In this document: positions 18,140 through 30,452 of the stretch, in pieces
Layout: the number at the start of each line of letters is the position of its first letter
Numbering within the stretch: position 1 is the first letter of the stretch
Assembly: GCA_035293105.1 (NCBI GenBank)
Contig: DATDOV010000079.1
Span: forward strand, 101,574-165,573
Direction of reading: 5' to 3'
Origin: Blastocatellia bacterium
Lineage (GTDB): Bacteria; Acidobacteriota; Blastocatellia; UBA7656
Length of the DNA: 64,000 bases
Program-made: the position numbers and the translations under genes
Notes under the pieces: model-generated
Seen by the model: the letters and a program-made list of their open reading frames with translations, nothing else
Told to the model about the DNA's origin: nothing
Database searches by the model: none

Positions 18140-20353
18140 ATGCACACGCACAAACTTCCGAATCTGATGCTGGCGCTGCTGCTGGCCGCCGCGCAATCGG
18201 CTCCGATGGCGGCGCAGACACAACCCATAGCCAGGCGCACAAGCGCGGACGACACGAGTTCCAAGGACAAGGATCAACCCAAGCCGAACACCGCCGGCGG
18301 CGGCGCCACAAAAGCCGACGACGCGGCGGTGGAACTGCGGCAAGCACTGCCGCTCTTACCGGCGCTGACTCGCGGCCGTGACGGTCTGTTGAACGTCAGC
18401 GGCCAACGAGCGACCCAGAACTTGATGGTCACCAGCACGAACATGAAAGACCCGGTGTCGGACACCTTCGTCTTCGCCGGAACGCTGCCACTCGAGGCCG
18501 CCGAGGCCGTGCTGATACCGAGCGAGCAGTTCACTGTGACCCTGCCGAAGTTTTATTCGACCGTGCCCGCACTCGACCAGCTCAGCAGGAGCGCGTGGCG
18601 CTTCTCGCTAGAAAACCCGCTGCTCGCGCTGGTGCATAGGTCCAATGGCGTGCGCGGCGTGCGTTCGGCGACCCCGACCGTGACCGCAACCGGTCCGCTG
18701 GCCGGAGGAGCGATTCTGTTGTTTGAGTCCTTCGGTTACCGCCTCAACAAATCAACCATCGCCAGCGCGCTCGGAGGAAAGAACGACACGCGTTATCAGA
18801 GCTACGACTGGAACCAGCACGCCGAGCTTCGGACCTGGCGGGGGCACAACTTTTCGGCGCGGCTGGCGCTGTATTCACAGGACATCGACTTCGCGACGCT
18901 GTCGGCGATGATTCAGCCCGAAGCGACGCCGGATTTCCTCGCCAGAGGCGGACAAATCTACTTCGGCGACTCCTACACGAGCAGCGGCGGCAACATCGTC
19001 GACAGTTCGCTCAGCACTAGAAAGCTGAAGCTTCGCGTTCTGCCGCGCGGAGCAAACCCGATGGTGCTGGTCGAACAAGGGCTGGTCGAAGGGAATTACT
19101 TCGACACGGTTCGCCAGTCGGCGAGCCGAACCGAATGGAGAGAATCACTCCGGCTGAGGCAGCGAAGCGCGTGGGGCCAGCACCAGTTGAGCTTCGGGGG
19201 CGGGTTCACCAGGTCGGCGTTTGCTCTGACCCGCTTTGGCAACCGCGTCATCCTCACCGGCGAAGAAGAGGACGAGCTCGCGTCGACGACCGACTTTACC
19301 GGCTCGCCGTTCGAATCGCTGTCGATGCATGAGTTGACGGGATGGGCCGAAGATAAGTGGACCCCGGCGCGGCGTGTGGCGTTGACTCTTGGCGTCAAGT
19401 ACGACTGGGGCAGCGTCTCTCGCAGTAATCAGTGGGCGCCGCGGTTTGGCTTCGCGGTGCTGGCAGGCGAGAACACCGTCGTCCGCGGCGGCGCGGGGGT
19501 TTTCTACGACGTTATGCCGATGACGGTTGGGACATTCACTCGCAGCCGCCGGCGCGTGGTCCAGTTTTTCGACGAGGGTGTGCCTGAAACCGAGCCGACC
19601 GCGCTTGCCAACATACTCTCGAGTCCGCACCTGAAGACGCCTCACGTGCGCGGGTGGAATCTGGAAGTCGACCACCGCGTGTCGAAGGACTTGTTGCTTC
19701 GCGTGAGGGCCGAAGAACGGCGCGGAACTGACCTGTTGCTGATCAATCCAAACCACCCGGGGAGGGACATGGCGGCGCTGATTTTGTCCAATGGCGCCAC
19801 GTCGCGTTATCGCGAGCTTGAAGCGACGGCGTCGTACCGAACCACGCGCTGGGCCAACCTGAATGCGTCCTACGTTAGGTCTTCGGGCGCGGGCGACCTG
19901 AACACCTTCACGACGACGGCGGGCACGTTCGAAAAGATGTTCATCACCGGGAACCGCTACGCGCGCTCGCGTTCGGATGCGCCGAACCGGTTTCTGTTTT
20001 GGGGCGACGTGCGGGCGCCGGGCGGGGTGATGGTAATGCCGGCGGTTGACTGGCACACAGGCTTCCCGTTTGCGTTCGTGGACGCAGACGGCAACGTTCC
20101 TTCTGAGGCGGATTTTGGGCGCCTTCCCTCGACGTTCACTCTAGACTTGGGGTTGTATCGGGACTTCAGCTTCAGAGCGCTCGATCGCGCGGCGAGGCTT
20201 CGGTTAGGCGTGAAGGTGTTCAACGTGACCAACCACTTCAACCCGCGCGAGGCCAGGCTTGGAGAGAACGCGGCGCAGACCGGAGCCGAGGTCAAGGGGT
20301 TTCTCGACGCCCCGCCGCGAAGCTATCGAGTCAGCGCGACGTTCACGTTCTGA
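18140..20353 (+). CDS. outer-membrane beta-barrel protein (TonB-dependent-receptor-like C-terminus)
   Basis: Signal peptide. Alternating beta-strand pattern. C-terminal ...VKVFNVTNHFNP...RVSATFTF ending in an aromatic residue. Confidence 0.5.
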   Translation: MHTHKLPNLMLALLLAAAQSAPMAAQTQPIARRTSADDTSSKDKDQPKPNTAGGGATKADDAAVELRQALPLLPALTRGRDGLLNVSGQRATQNLMVTSTNMKDPVSDTFVFAGTLPLEAAEAVLIPSEQFTVTLPKFYSTVPALDQLSRSAWRFSLENPLLALVHRSNGVRGVRSATPTVTATGPLAGGAILLFESFGYRLNKSTIASALGGKNDTRYQSYDWNQHAELRTWRGHNFSARLALYSQDIDFATLSAMIQPEATPDFLARGGQIYFGDSYTSSGGNIVDSSLSTRKLKLRVLPRGANPMVLVEQGLVEGNYFDTVRQSASRTEWRESLRLRQRSAWGQHQLSFGGGFTRSAFALTRFGNRVILTGEEEDELASTTDFTGSPFESLSMHELTGWAEDKWTPARRVALTLGVKYDWGSVSRSNQWAPRFGFAVLAGENTVVRGGAGVFYDVMPMTVGTFTRSRRRVVQFFDEGVPETEPTALANILSSPHLKTPHVRGWNLEVDHRVSKDLLLRVRAEERRGTDLLLINPNHPGRDMAALILSNGATSRYRELEATASYRTTRWANLNASYVRSSGAGDLNTFTTTAGTFEKMFITGNRYARSRSDAPNRFLFWGDVRAPGGVMVMPAVDWHTGFPFAFVDADGNVPSEADFGRLPSTFTLDLGLYRDFSFRALDRAARLRLGVKVFNVTNHFNPREARLGENAAQTGAEVKGFLDAPPRSYRVSATFTF

Positions 20354-20378
20354 ACCTTGGTTGTTGGGAGTCCAGGCG

Positions 20379-21275
20379 TCACACAATCGGCCGGCGGGTG
20401 ATGAAGTCGGCGGTCTGTCGGGCGATCTCTTCGCCCTTCTCTTCCTGCAGAAAGTGGCCGGCATCCTTGATGGTGATTTCGGGCTCGCGGCTCGCCGCCG
20501 GGATGAGCTTGCGGAAGAAGCGGTCGCCGCCTCGCGTCACCGGATCGCCGTCGGAGAACGTCACGAGCGTGGGCTTGTCCCAGTGCGTCAGCGCGTCGCG
20601 AGTCTCTCGCATCTCGCGTGCGCCCGGCTGATCGAATTCGGTCGGCACCAGCAGCGGAAACATCTGCGGGCCGGACTTATACGAAACATCGGGGAACGGC
20701 GCGTCATAAGCTGCAACCACGTCGTCTGAAATCGACTCGGGATGCACGGCGCTGCGCTTGACGATCTGGCCGCATGGCAGATCAAACGTCTTCGTCGCAT
20801 AGGCGCGCCATCTCAGAAACCCCTCTGTTGGGGGAACGTCGCCCGTCGGCAAGCCCGTGTTCATAATGACGAGCCGCGCAAAGCGATCGGCCATCTCGGT
20901 CGCCACGCGCAGTCCCAGTATTCCACCCCAGTCTTGCAGGACGGCGGTTATGCCACTCAAGTCGAGCGCTTCGACGAACGACGCGATCGTGCTGCGGTGC
21001 ATCTCGAACGTGTAGGCTTCTCGCTCGGCGAACTTGTCCGAGCGACCGAACCCGATGAAGTCCATCGCGATCACTCGATGCCGCGCGGCAAGAATCGGGA
21101 TCATCTTGCGGTACAGGTAAGACCAGGTCGGCTCGCCGTGAAGGCACAGGATCACTTCACCGTCGCCCTCGTCCATGTAGTGAACCCGCGCGCCGTTGAT
21201 CTCGATGTAGCGGGGCGCGAACGGAAAGTCAGCCAGATTGGCGAATCTCTCATCAGGAGTTCGTAAGATCGTCAT
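20379..21275 (-). CDS. haloalkane dehalogenase-like alpha/beta hydrolase
   Basis: [14 protein letters not shown]...[31 protein letters not shown]...VLQDWGG (nucleophile D in DWGG). Confidence 0.85.
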   Translation of the reverse strand: MTILRTPDERFANLADFPFAPRYIEINGARVHYMDEGDGEVILCLHGEPTWSYLYRKMIPILAARHRVIAMDFIGFGRSDKFAEREAYTFEMHRSTIASFVEALDLSGITAVLQDWGGILGLRVATEMADRFARLVIMNTGLPTGDVPPTEGFLRWRAYATKTFDLPCGQIVKRSAVHPESISDDVVAAYDAPFPDVSYKSGPQMFPLLVPTEFDQPGAREMRETRDALTHWDKPTLVTFSDGDPVTRGGDRFFRKLIPAASREPEITIKDAGHFLQEEKGEEIARQTADFITRRPIV

Positions 21276-21295
21276 GCGAACCTGCTCATCACACT

Positions 21296-22126
21296 CTACA
21301 ATCCGCCGGTTACTTCAAGCACCTGTCCCGACACGTAATTCGACAGCGGCGATGCGAAGTAGAATATGGCGCCCGCGGCCTCCTCGGGCGTGCCCCCTCT
21401 GCCCATCGGTATCAGCGGAACCGTGCGCTCGAGGCGCTCGGCAGGGATTCCGATGGCGACTTCCTTATCGCCGCGGCGAATCGTCTCGCCCTTCTCTTTG
21501 GCTTGCGTGAGCCGCGTGTCGATGCGCCCGAAGGCTACGGCGTTCACCTGGATGTTGAACTGGCCCCACTCTTTTGCCAGCGTCTTCGTCAATCCGAGCA
21601 CGCCCGCCTTGCCCGACGAGTAATTGGCCTGGCCCGCGTTGCCGCGCGTGCCCGAGGTCGAGCTGATGTTGATGATCTTGCGCGCGCGCGCCTCGCCCAG
21701 TTCCGCCTTTTCCCGTTTGGCCGTTTCGCGCAGGAACGTCGAAGCGGCGCGGATGATCCGGAACGGCGCGGTCAGGTGAATCGCCAGAATCGCTTCCCAC
21801 TGCTCGTCGGTCATCTTATGAATCACCGCGTCCCACGTGTAGCCCGCGTTGTTGACGATGATGTCGAGTCCGCCCAGTTTTTCGATCGCCGAGCTGACGA
21901 TCAAATCGGGAAACGCGCGATCGGTCGCATCACCCGGCACGCTTATCGCTTCGCCGCCCGCCGCCCGAATCGCTGCGGCGACTTCGCCGGCAGGGCCGGC
22001 GTCGATGTCGCTCACGACAACGCGAGCCCCATGTCTTGCGAACAACTCGGCCGCCGCGCGTCCGATGCCGCGGCCCGAGCCGGTGATGATTGCGATCTTA
22101 TCTTCGAGTAGCTTTTCCACTTTCAT
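21296..22126 (-). CDS. short-chain dehydrogenase/reductase (SDR)
   Basis: TGSGRGIGR cofactor motif, NNAG, catalytic YSSGK. Confidence 0.85.
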   Translation of the reverse strand: MKVEKLLEDKIAIITGSGRGIGRAAAELFARHGARVVVSDIDAGPAGEVAAAIRAAGGEAISVPGDATDRAFPDLIVSSAIEKLGGLDIIVNNAGYTWDAVIHKMTDEQWEAILAIHLTAPFRIIRAASTFLRETAKREKAELGEARARKIINISSTSGTRGNAGQANYSSGKAGVLGLTKTLAKEWGQFNIQVNAVAFGRIDTRLTQAKEKGETIRRGDKEVAIGIPAERLERTVPLIPMGRGGTPEEAAGAIFYFASPLSNYVSGQVLEVTGGL

Positions 22127-22140
22127 CCTCCGAATAAGCA

Positions 22141-22275
22141 ACCACGGATGAACACAGATAAACACGGATGACGACGAGCCGGATATGACCCTCAACCCAA
22201 ACGCGCAACAGGCGACGCTAGTAGAGTCGCCCCGTCGTGTTTGTTTTATCTGCGTTCATCTGTATCCATCCGTGG
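22141..22275. terminator. long imperfect inverted repeat between formamidase and SDR genes (terminator or operator)
   Basis: Arms accacggatgaacacagataaacacggatgacgacg and cgtcgtgtttgttttatctgcgttcatctgtatccatccgtgg, separated by ~55 nt. Confidence 0.45.
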
Positions 22276-22278
22276 CTC

Positions 22279-23367
22279 CTACTTTCTGAATATCGACTTC
22301 GGTATCATCGCGTGCACGCCCTTATTCCCATCCACAAGCTGAGTGATTCGCAAATCGACGGCGGTGCTGGTGAGCATATAAGCCTCGTCGCGGCTCAGAT
22401 GTTTCTCCGAAACCAGATAGTCGACCGCCTCGCGAATGGCCATCTTGGTCGCCTCACTCAAATCTTCGTGGACACCCATCGCGATCACGTGAGTCGGCGT
22501 CTCAGCTCGCGGCCACTTCAACCGGATATCCTTGCGGACGACAAACTGAAGCGTCCCGGCGAGCGAGGTTTCGAGCGCGGTGATGCACACTTCGCCGTCT
22601 CCCTGAGCCGCGTGCCCGTCGCCTACTTGAAACAGCGCGCCCGCCACGTGAACCGGAATGAACAGGGTCGTCCCGGCGACGAGTTCTTTATTGTCGAGAT
22701 TGCCCGCGTGCATCCACGGCGGCGCGCTCGAGATTCGGCCCGAGGCTTCGGGGGGCGCGACGCCCATGCTCCCAAAGAACGGCCGCAGCGGAATCTCGAT
22801 CCCGTCCGTGAAGCGCCCAACCATTCTCTTTTCGTCGAGTGGGATGATCTTCATCCGCGAATAAGGGAAGTCCTCGGGGAGGAAGCCGGCGCCCGGCCGA
22901 AACGCGGTGTACGCATATGGAATCGCGAGCTTGATCGACTTGATGCGGACTTCGAGCACGTCGCCCGGCGCGGCGCCTTCGATGTAAATAGGTCCGGTCA
23001 GAATATGCCCGCCCGGCCCTTTGTTGGTCACTTCCTTGGTGATGTCTCGGAGCGCCTGCTCGACCTGATCTGCGGGAACGCCTGCGCCTTCGAGCCTCGA
23101 CGGACTTGACGTGATCAGCGTCCCTACTTCAACCGTGTCGCCCGACTTGATCCGCAAGACCGGCGGCGTGCTGGCGTCGTAGTAACCCCACGCGACGGTT
23201 TTCGGCGTCGGCTTCAAGGAGAAAGACGCAGGTGAGGCCGCCTTGTCCTTGCCGGCTCCGTAGGCGATTCGCGGCGCGGGTGCTGGAGGCGGTTTCGGTT
23301 GTTGACCCCGGACCTCGCCGGGCGCAATCGCCAAGACGCAGAGGGCTAACAGCAACAGATGCTTCAT
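22279..23367 (-). CDS. acetamidase/formamidase (FmdA/AmdA) family protein, secreted
   Basis: Signal peptide. Family-typical GPIYIEGAAPGDVLEV and ...VGDGHAAQGDGEVCITALETS segments. Confidence 0.8.
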   Translation of the reverse strand: MKHLLLLALCVLAIAPGEVRGQQPKPPPAPAPRIAYGAGKDKAASPASFSLKPTPKTVAWGYYDASTPPVLRIKSGDTVEVGTLITSSPSRLEGAGVPADQVEQALRDITKEVTNKGPGGHILTGPIYIEGAAPGDVLEVRIKSIKLAIPYAYTAFRPGAGFLPEDFPYSRMKIIPLDEKRMVGRFTDGIEIPLRPFFGSMGVAPPEASGRISSAPPWMHAGNLDNKELVAGTTLFIPVHVAGALFQVGDGHAAQGDGEVCITALETSLAGTLQFVVRKDIRLKWPRAETPTHVIAMGVHEDLSEATKMAIREAVDYLVSEKHLSRDEAYMLTSTAVDLRITQLVDGNKGVHAMIPKSIFRK

Positions 23368-23436
23368 GTTCTTCTTCCTCCTACGCGGTCACGATGAAAC
23401 GGGCGTGATCGACTCCGGTGTTTGCGCGCCGGCGGA

Positions 23437-25203
<1,767 letters not shown>

Positions 25204-25432
25204 GTCTCCGAGACTGAGCAGCAAAGATGATCGGTGAACTGTTCCGGCACCGGCTAACGAAAAGTGCAGCGGCGAGTCTACCCACAACCACCATAGGGCG
25301 CAAGGCAGCAACGAACTCACCGAACTCACCCCCGTTCCCGTGTTGCGCGATTTGAAGCGACGGAGTATGATCACTGAAATTTTCGGGCTTACAGAATGGT
25401 CGTTTGGTAGCTTGATTCTGAGGAGTGGTGCA

Positions 25433-26023
25433 ATGCGCGTGAATAAGACTCTCTCTCGCGGCTGGGCTGCGGGCGCGATTCTCGCGGTCAGTCTCGCCGT
25501 TTTAGCCTCCGGGCAATCGCCTCAATCCGGCGCTTCGAGCCGAATCCGAATCAAGAACTTCGGCTGCCTCAACGAGAATTACTATCGCGGCGCGCAACCG
25601 AAAGGACAGGACTACGCCGACCTTGCGGCGCTCGGGATCAAAACCGTCATCGACCTCCAACGCGATGGTCGCAAGGATGAGCAGCAGATGGTCGAGTCGC
25701 ACGGCATGAAGTTCTATCGCATCGGGCTGACCACTTCATCGGCGCCGGACAAGGAGCAGGTTGCGCTTTTCTTGAAGCTGGTCGACGATCCCGCGAATCA
25801 GCCGGTCTTCATTCACTGTCACGGCGGACGACACCGGACGGGGATCATGACCGCGGTCTACAGATTCACCCACGACAGTTGGACCGCCGACCGCGCGTTG
25901 ACAGAAATGAAACAGTACGACTTCGGCAACGGCCATTCGACTCTGAAGGAATACGTCTTCGACTACTACTCCAACATGGACCGCGGAGATCAGGCGGCGA
26001 GGGCGGCTACAAGCAGTCACTGA
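25433..26023 (+). CDS. secreted protein tyrosine/dual-specificity phosphatase
   Basis: RBS AGGAG. Signal peptide. CX5R P-loop [10 protein letters not shown]. Confidence 0.7.
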   Translation: MRVNKTLSRGWAAGAILAVSLAVLASGQSPQSGASSRIRIKNFGCLNENYYRGAQPKGQDYADLAALGIKTVIDLQRDGRKDEQQMVESHGMKFYRIGLTTSSAPDKEQVALFLKLVDDPANQPVFIHCHGGRHRTGIMTAVYRFTHDSWTADRALTEMKQYDFGNGHSTLKEYVFDYYSNMDRGDQAARAATSSH

Positions 26024-26069
26024 GGAGCCGGTCAATCCGATCGGGCATCTTGCCTGACCTGTTTTTCCC

Positions 26070-26245
26070 GGACCACCCGGTAGTAACGAATTCATTCGTT
26101 CCGATTGGCGAGAGAATGCCCGCGTAGTAACGAAATTCAATCGTTCCGATTGGTGAGAGAATGCCCGCGTAGTAACGAATTCATTCGTTCTGATTGCCGA
26201 GAGACTGCCCGCTCGTCAACGTGGAACGAATGAATTCGATTACTA
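26070..26245. repeat. cluster of MITE/REP-like half-elements (same family as 4054-4153)
   Basis: Three tandem GTAGTAACGAA(T/A)TCA(T/A)TCGTTC left arms, each followed by cgattggcgagag..., then one right arm GAACGAATGAATTCGATTACTAC. Confidence 0.7.
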
Positions 26246-26294
26246 CGGAGGACCATTCCGAGAGGCTCGTGGCGGCGACGTTGCCGACATCCTT

Positions 26295-27260
26295 ATGACA
26301 CTCCTGCTCAGAGAAGAACACGTAACCGAGCTGTTGGACATGCCGACTGCGATCGCCGCAGTCGAGGAAGTCCTGCGGGATCAGGCTGAAGGGCAAGCTA
26401 CGAACAAGCCGCGCTACAGGGTTGCAACGCCCGTTTCGCAACTGCACGTGATGGCGGCGGGCGACCGGCGATTGGGCGTCTTCGGGATCAAGGTCTACAC
26501 CGCGTCGCGCAAGGGCACCCGCTTTCTGGTTCTGCTCTACGACTCCGAGAGCGGAGACATGCTCGCGATGATAGAGGCCGACCGGCTTGGCCAGATGCGA
26601 ACGGGCGCGGCATCGGGCGTGGCTACGAAGTACATGGCTCGCGAGGACGCTGACAAGGTCGGCATCTTCGGCGCGGGATGGCAGGCGGAAAGCCAGTTGA
26701 TGGCGGTCTGCGCGGTGAGGCCGGTCAGGTCGGTGAAGGTCTTCAGCCGCAAGCCGGATCGCCGTGAGGCATTCGCGAGAAAGATGACCGCGCTGCTTCG
26801 CGTCGAAGTCACCCCCGCCGAGACTCCGGAAGAAACCGTGCGAGGCCAGTCAATTATCATTACGGCGACAACATCGCGCGAGCCGGTCTTGAACGGCGAG
26901 TGGATCGAGCCGGGCGCTCACGTGAACGCCGCGGGGTCGAACTTCCTGATGAAAGCCGAGACCGACGTCGAGACTATTCGGCGCGCTTCGGTGATCGCGG
27001 TCGATTCGATAGATCAATCGCGCGTCGAGTCAGGCGACTTGTTGCCGGCGATCGAGCGCGGGGTGATCAGCTGGGAATCGGTGACTGAGTTAGGCCGTAT
27101 CGTCGCGGGTCAGGTCGCGGGCCGGAAGAACCTCGATGACATCACGATCTTCAAGTCGAATGGCATCGCGCTTGAGGACATCTCGACGGCGCTGCGCGTT
27201 TACAACCTCGCGCGCGAACGAGGGGTTGGTGAGACGATAGACCTGTGGCCCAAGGAATGA
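26295..27260 (+). CDS. ornithine cyclodeaminase / mu-crystallin family protein
   Basis: 321 aa. Rossmann GAGWQAESQ, family length and pattern. Confidence 0.8.
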   Translation: MTLLLREEHVTELLDMPTAIAAVEEVLRDQAEGQATNKPRYRVATPVSQLHVMAAGDRRLGVFGIKVYTASRKGTRFLVLLYDSESGDMLAMIEADRLGQMRTGAASGVATKYMAREDADKVGIFGAGWQAESQLMAVCAVRPVRSVKVFSRKPDRREAFARKMTALLRVEVTPAETPEETVRGQSIIITATTSREPVLNGEWIEPGAHVNAAGSNFLMKAETDVETIRRASVIAVDSIDQSRVESGDLLPAIERGVISWESVTELGRIVAGQVAGRKNLDDITIFKSNGIALEDISTALRVYNLARERGVGETIDLWPKE

Positions 27261-27455
27261 CGCCCATCGCAACGCGGGATCGGGGAGACGATGGAGTTGT
27301 GGCCGGGCGAATAACGAACTCAGGACACCAGTAGTCAGTCACGGTGATTGTGATCGAGCCCGCGCAAGATCGGCTAGTGAATCGCGTAGGGATCACCTGT
27401 ATCACGTGTCTATAGTCACCGGCTTCTTGTACAATACAAAGTCACGGAGGCAGAG

Positions 27456-27686
27456 ATGAGCATGAACCTCGAGGAACTAGAAACCGAGGCGCTACGCCTA
27501 GACCCGCAATCGCGCGCAAAACTAGCCGAACGGCTGTTGCACAGTCTGGACGATCTCTCGGATGAGGAGAACGAACGGCTGTGGGCCGAGGAGGCCCTGC
27601 GCCGCGAGGAGGAGATCGAGGCTGGCTTAGTCACGACGCGGCCAGCAGAGGAAGTGTACCGCGACGCACGGTCCAGGCTCAGATGA
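27456..27686 (+). CDS. addiction-module antitoxin (putative addiction module component family)
   Basis: MSMNLEELETEALRLDPQSRAKLAERLLHSLDD... typical of the small antitoxins paired with RelE/ParE-like toxins. Confidence 0.65.
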   Translation: MSMNLEELETEALRLDPQSRAKLAERLLHSLDDLSDEENERLWAEEALRREEEIEAGLVTTRPAEEVYRDARSRLR

Positions 27687-27907
27687 ACCGCCTACTGTCG
27701 TTCCATCCGGTGGCCGAGTACGAGCTATGCGAAGCGGCAGATTACTATGACCTTGAACGCCCAGGGCCAGGGAGAATCTTCCTTGATCAGGTAGAAAGTG
27801 CCACGAGCCAGATACTGCAATTTCCAGAAGCTGCGCTGGTTAATCGAGTCGGTCGCCGAGAGTTTCAGAGTGGGCGTTCGGATTTCCAAGAGCGAGGGCG
27901 TGACTAG
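27683..27907 (+). pseudogene. RelE/ParE-like toxin, C-terminally truncated remnant
   Basis: ATG overlaps the antitoxin stop (ATGA). N-terminal half (HPVAEYELCEAADYYDLERPGPGRIFLDQVESATSQILQFPEA) matches the toxin family. The C-terminal core (RRFPYGIIY...HGARD) is missing and the ORF ends early. Confidence 0.5.
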
Positions 27908-27930
27908 CTTTGGCTCTGTGAGGAGATGTC

Positions 27931-28192
27931 ATGCCGGAAATCAGCCGCTTTCTTGGCATCATCATCACGATGTATTTTAACGAGCACAACCCGCCGCATT
28001 TTCATGCACGCTACGGAGAACACAGGGCGGAGATCGCTATTCAAACCCTATCGATCATCGGCGGGAGGTTACCTCCCCGAGTGCTGGGGCTGGTTATGGA
28101 ATGGGCCGCTTTCGCATCGCGACGAACTAATGGAAGACTGGGAATTGGCCCGTCAGCAAACCGAGCTTAGACGGATTGCCCCACTGGAGTAA
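27931..28192 (+). pseudogene. DUF4160 protein with apparent frameshift
   Basis: N-terminus MPEISRFLGIIITMYFNEHNPPHFHARYGEH in one frame; family C-terminus ...HRDELMEDWELARQQTELRRIAPLE is in the +1 frame from about 28105. Confidence 0.55.
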
Positions 28193-28196
28193 ACCA

Positions 28197-28481
28197 ATGT
28201 TCCTTATCGACGTAGTAGATGTTAGGCCACTGGATGGTCATCAGCTTGAGCTAACGTTCAAGGACGGGCTGAAGGCCGTCGTGGATTTAGATCGGGTCAT
28301 TCGATCTTTCGAGGGAGTCTTCGCTCCGCTCAAAGATCCGGAGTATTTTCGACTGGTTCGTGTTGACACGGAGATTGGCACGATTGTCTGGCCCAACGGC
28401 GCTGACTTGTGCCCGGATGTGCTTTATTCCTATGCGTCCGGCAAGCCGATTATCGTGAACGGCGAGCGCGTCCTCAACTGA
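28197..28481 (+). CDS. DUF2442 protein (usual partner of DUF4160)
   Basis: MFLIDVVDVRPLDGHQLELTFKDG... about 95 aa. Confidence 0.6.
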   Translation: MFLIDVVDVRPLDGHQLELTFKDGLKAVVDLDRVIRSFEGVFAPLKDPEYFRLVRVDTEIGTIVWPNGADLCPDVLYSYASGKPIIVNGERVLN

Positions 28482-28874
28482 ATGAATCTGGGGACCTTTC
28501 GAGTGGGTTCGCCTCGCAAACCGGGCGACGGCTTGCGAGTCGGCACAGTGCGCTTTCTGCCGCGCGGAGTGAAGAAAGAAGACTACGCGCGACTGGACTA
28601 CTTCGACGTCTGGTTTCCGTTGCTGGCTCCAAGCTCGGAGCTGCTCAAGTGGCTGAAGAGCCGTGAGTGGCCAAGCGAGCAAGTGCGCTGGTCGAAGTTC
28701 AGAGAGCGCTACGTTGCCGAGATGAACAAGACCGACGCGCGTCAGGCTATCAAGCTTCTGGCAGAGCTAGCCAGAGCTACTTCGGTGAGCATAGGGTGTT
28801 ACTGTGAGGATGAGTCAGCCTGCCATCGCTCGACACTGCGGGCGTTGATAGAACGAGCCGCCATCTTGCCTTGA
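28482..28874 (+). CDS. DUF488 / YeaO-family protein (copy 1 of 3)
   Basis: ...RVGTVRFLPRGVKKEDYARLDYFDVWFPLLAPSSELLKW...GCYCEDESACHR aligns with E. coli YeaO ([36 protein letters not shown]). Confidence 0.75.
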   Translation: MNLGTFRVGSPRKPGDGLRVGTVRFLPRGVKKEDYARLDYFDVWFPLLAPSSELLKWLKSREWPSEQVRWSKFRERYVAEMNKTDARQAIKLLAELARATSVSIGCYCEDESACHRSTLRALIERAAILP

Positions 28875-28917
28875 GGAAGCTGGCCGCATGTCCTCAGCGG
28901 TGTATAATGAGCGAGCT

Positions 28918-29256
28918 ATGACAACCCTAGAGAATACTCAAGCCGTGCCCCTGACAGTCTGGGAAGACGGTTCGATTCGTGTCGCCGGCTCGCGGGTAAC
29001 GCTCGACTCGATTGTATATGAATTCAAGCTCGGCGCCACCGCGGAGCAGATCCTTCACAGCTTTCCGTCAGTTTCGTTGCGCGATATCTACGGCGCGATT
29101 TTCTATTACCTCAACAACACCGAGGTTGTCGAAGAGTACCTTGGTCACCGCGAACGGGGGGCGGAAGAGACGCGGTTGTTCATTGAGAGCCGCTTGGACA
29201 CGAGGTCCCTTCGCGAACGGATCCTGGCCAGGCGTGACCAGATGGTTGGCAGATAA
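28918..29256 (+). CDS. DUF433 protein (antitoxin-like partner of DUF5615)
   Basis: MTTLENTQAVPLTVWEDGSIRVAGSRVTLDSIVYEFKLGATAEQILHSFPSVSLRDIYGAIFYYL. Confidence 0.6.
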   Translation: MTTLENTQAVPLTVWEDGSIRVAGSRVTLDSIVYEFKLGATAEQILHSFPSVSLRDIYGAIFYYLNNTEVVEEYLGHRERGAEETRLFIESRLDTRSLRERILARRDQMVGR

Positions 29257-29286
29257 CGCGCGAGTCCGGCTACGCTTCGTGGCCTT

Positions 29287-29625
29287 CTGTTTGACGAAAA
29301 CTTCAATCATAGAATCGTACATGGGTTGCAATTGCGCCTGCCGGGTCTCGATTTCGTGATTGCTCAGGAAATAGAACTGAAGGGCGCCAAAGACCCGGAG
29401 TTGTTGGAGTGGGCCGCGACGCAGAACCGGGTCGTCGTCACGCATGACGTCGACACATTGTTGAAGTTCGCATACGAACGCATAGTTGGCGGCCAACTGA
29501 TGCCGGGCGTGATAGCCGTCCCACAGATCCTCCCGATAGGGCAAGCGATAGACGATCTGGCAACCGCCATCGAGTGCTCGGAGGCAAGCGATTTGGAGAA
29601 CTCAGTCTTGCACCTGCCTTTGTAA
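29287..29625 (+). CDS. DUF5615 (PIN-like) protein; start codon uncertain or non-canonical
   Basis: In-frame LLFDENFNHRIVHGLQLRLPGLDFVIAQE... begins right after the DUF433 stop. No ATG/GTG upstream; CTG at 29287 or TTG at 29326. Confidence 0.5.
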   Translation: MFDENFNHRIVHGLQLRLPGLDFVIAQEIELKGAKDPELLEWAATQNRVVVTHDVDTLLKFAYERIVGGQLMPGVIAVPQILPIGQAIDDLATAIECSEASDLENSVLHLPL

Positions 29626-29669
29626 CTGAAAGACGCGGGGACTGACTCGGGGCCGGCCTTGGATAAGAT

Positions 29670-29921
29670 ATGAAATACGAACTGTTCACCCGAGTCGCGC
29701 TGAATACCGATCTGCCGCGATACGGACTCCGCAGCGGGGACGTGGCAACGGTCATCGAGCACCATCCCGGACGGCCAGGCCAAGAGCCCGGCTACAGCCT
29801 TGAAGTGTCTAACGCGGTCGGGGAAACGGTCGCCGTGGTCACCGTCCGCGAGTCTCAGATCGTGCCGCTCAATGCCAACGAACCTTTGCATGTCCGCCTG
29901 CTGGCGGAAACGTCCCGCTGA
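29670..29921 (+). CDS. DUF4926 protein
   Basis: MKYELFTRVALNTDLPRYGLRSGDVATVIEHHP... 83 aa. Confidence 0.55.
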   Translation: MKYELFTRVALNTDLPRYGLRSGDVATVIEHHPGRPGQEPGYSLEVSNAVGETVAVVTVRESQIVPLNANEPLHVRLLAETSR

Positions 29922-29977
29922 TCGCTACCCGACGCGAATAGAACAGATGGACCGCGCCCGTCGGGGATCTGTTTAGG

Positions 29978-30382
29978 ATGCCGAGCTCCACGATAAATCT
30001 GGGAACGTTTCGAGTGGGCTCGCCTCGCAAGCGGGGCGAGGGCTTGCGAGTCGGCACAGTGCGCTTTCTGCCGCGCGGAGTGAAGAAAGAAGACTACGCG
30101 CGACTGGACTACTTCGACGTCTGGTTTCCGCTGCTGGCCCCAAGCTCGGAGTTGCTCCGATGGATGAAGAGCCGCGAGTGGCCAACCGAGCAAGTCAGGT
30201 GGTCGAAGTTCAGAGAGCGCTACACTGCCGAGATGAACAAGACCGCCGCCCGCCAGGCGATCAAGCTTCTGGCAGAGTTAGCCAGAGCGACGCCGTTGAG
30301 CATAGGGTGCTACTGCGAGACCGAGTCAGCCTGTCATCGCTCGATACTGCGTGAGTTGATTGAAAACGCGGCAGGCGAGTAG
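29978..30382 (+). CDS. DUF488 / YeaO-family protein (copy 2 of 3)
   Basis: About 90% nt identity to 28482-28874 over the whole gene. Confidence 0.75.
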   Translation: MPSSTINLGTFRVGSPRKRGEGLRVGTVRFLPRGVKKEDYARLDYFDVWFPLLAPSSELLRWMKSREWPTEQVRWSKFRERYTAEMNKTAARQAIKLLAELARATPLSIGCYCETESACHRSILRELIENAAGE

Positions 30383-30452
30383 GAGGGCTAGCCGTGCCGA
30401 TGAAGTCGCGGTTCAAGCGATGATATATCTGGACCATAACGAAGCAACTCGA

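Noticed and set aside
28875-28917. Integron-like attC site or cassette boundary after DUF488 copy 1
   Set aside because: Only a short ccgc...gcgg hairpin and an extended -10 (TGTATAATG). No R''/L''/L'/R' core sites and no intI nearby.
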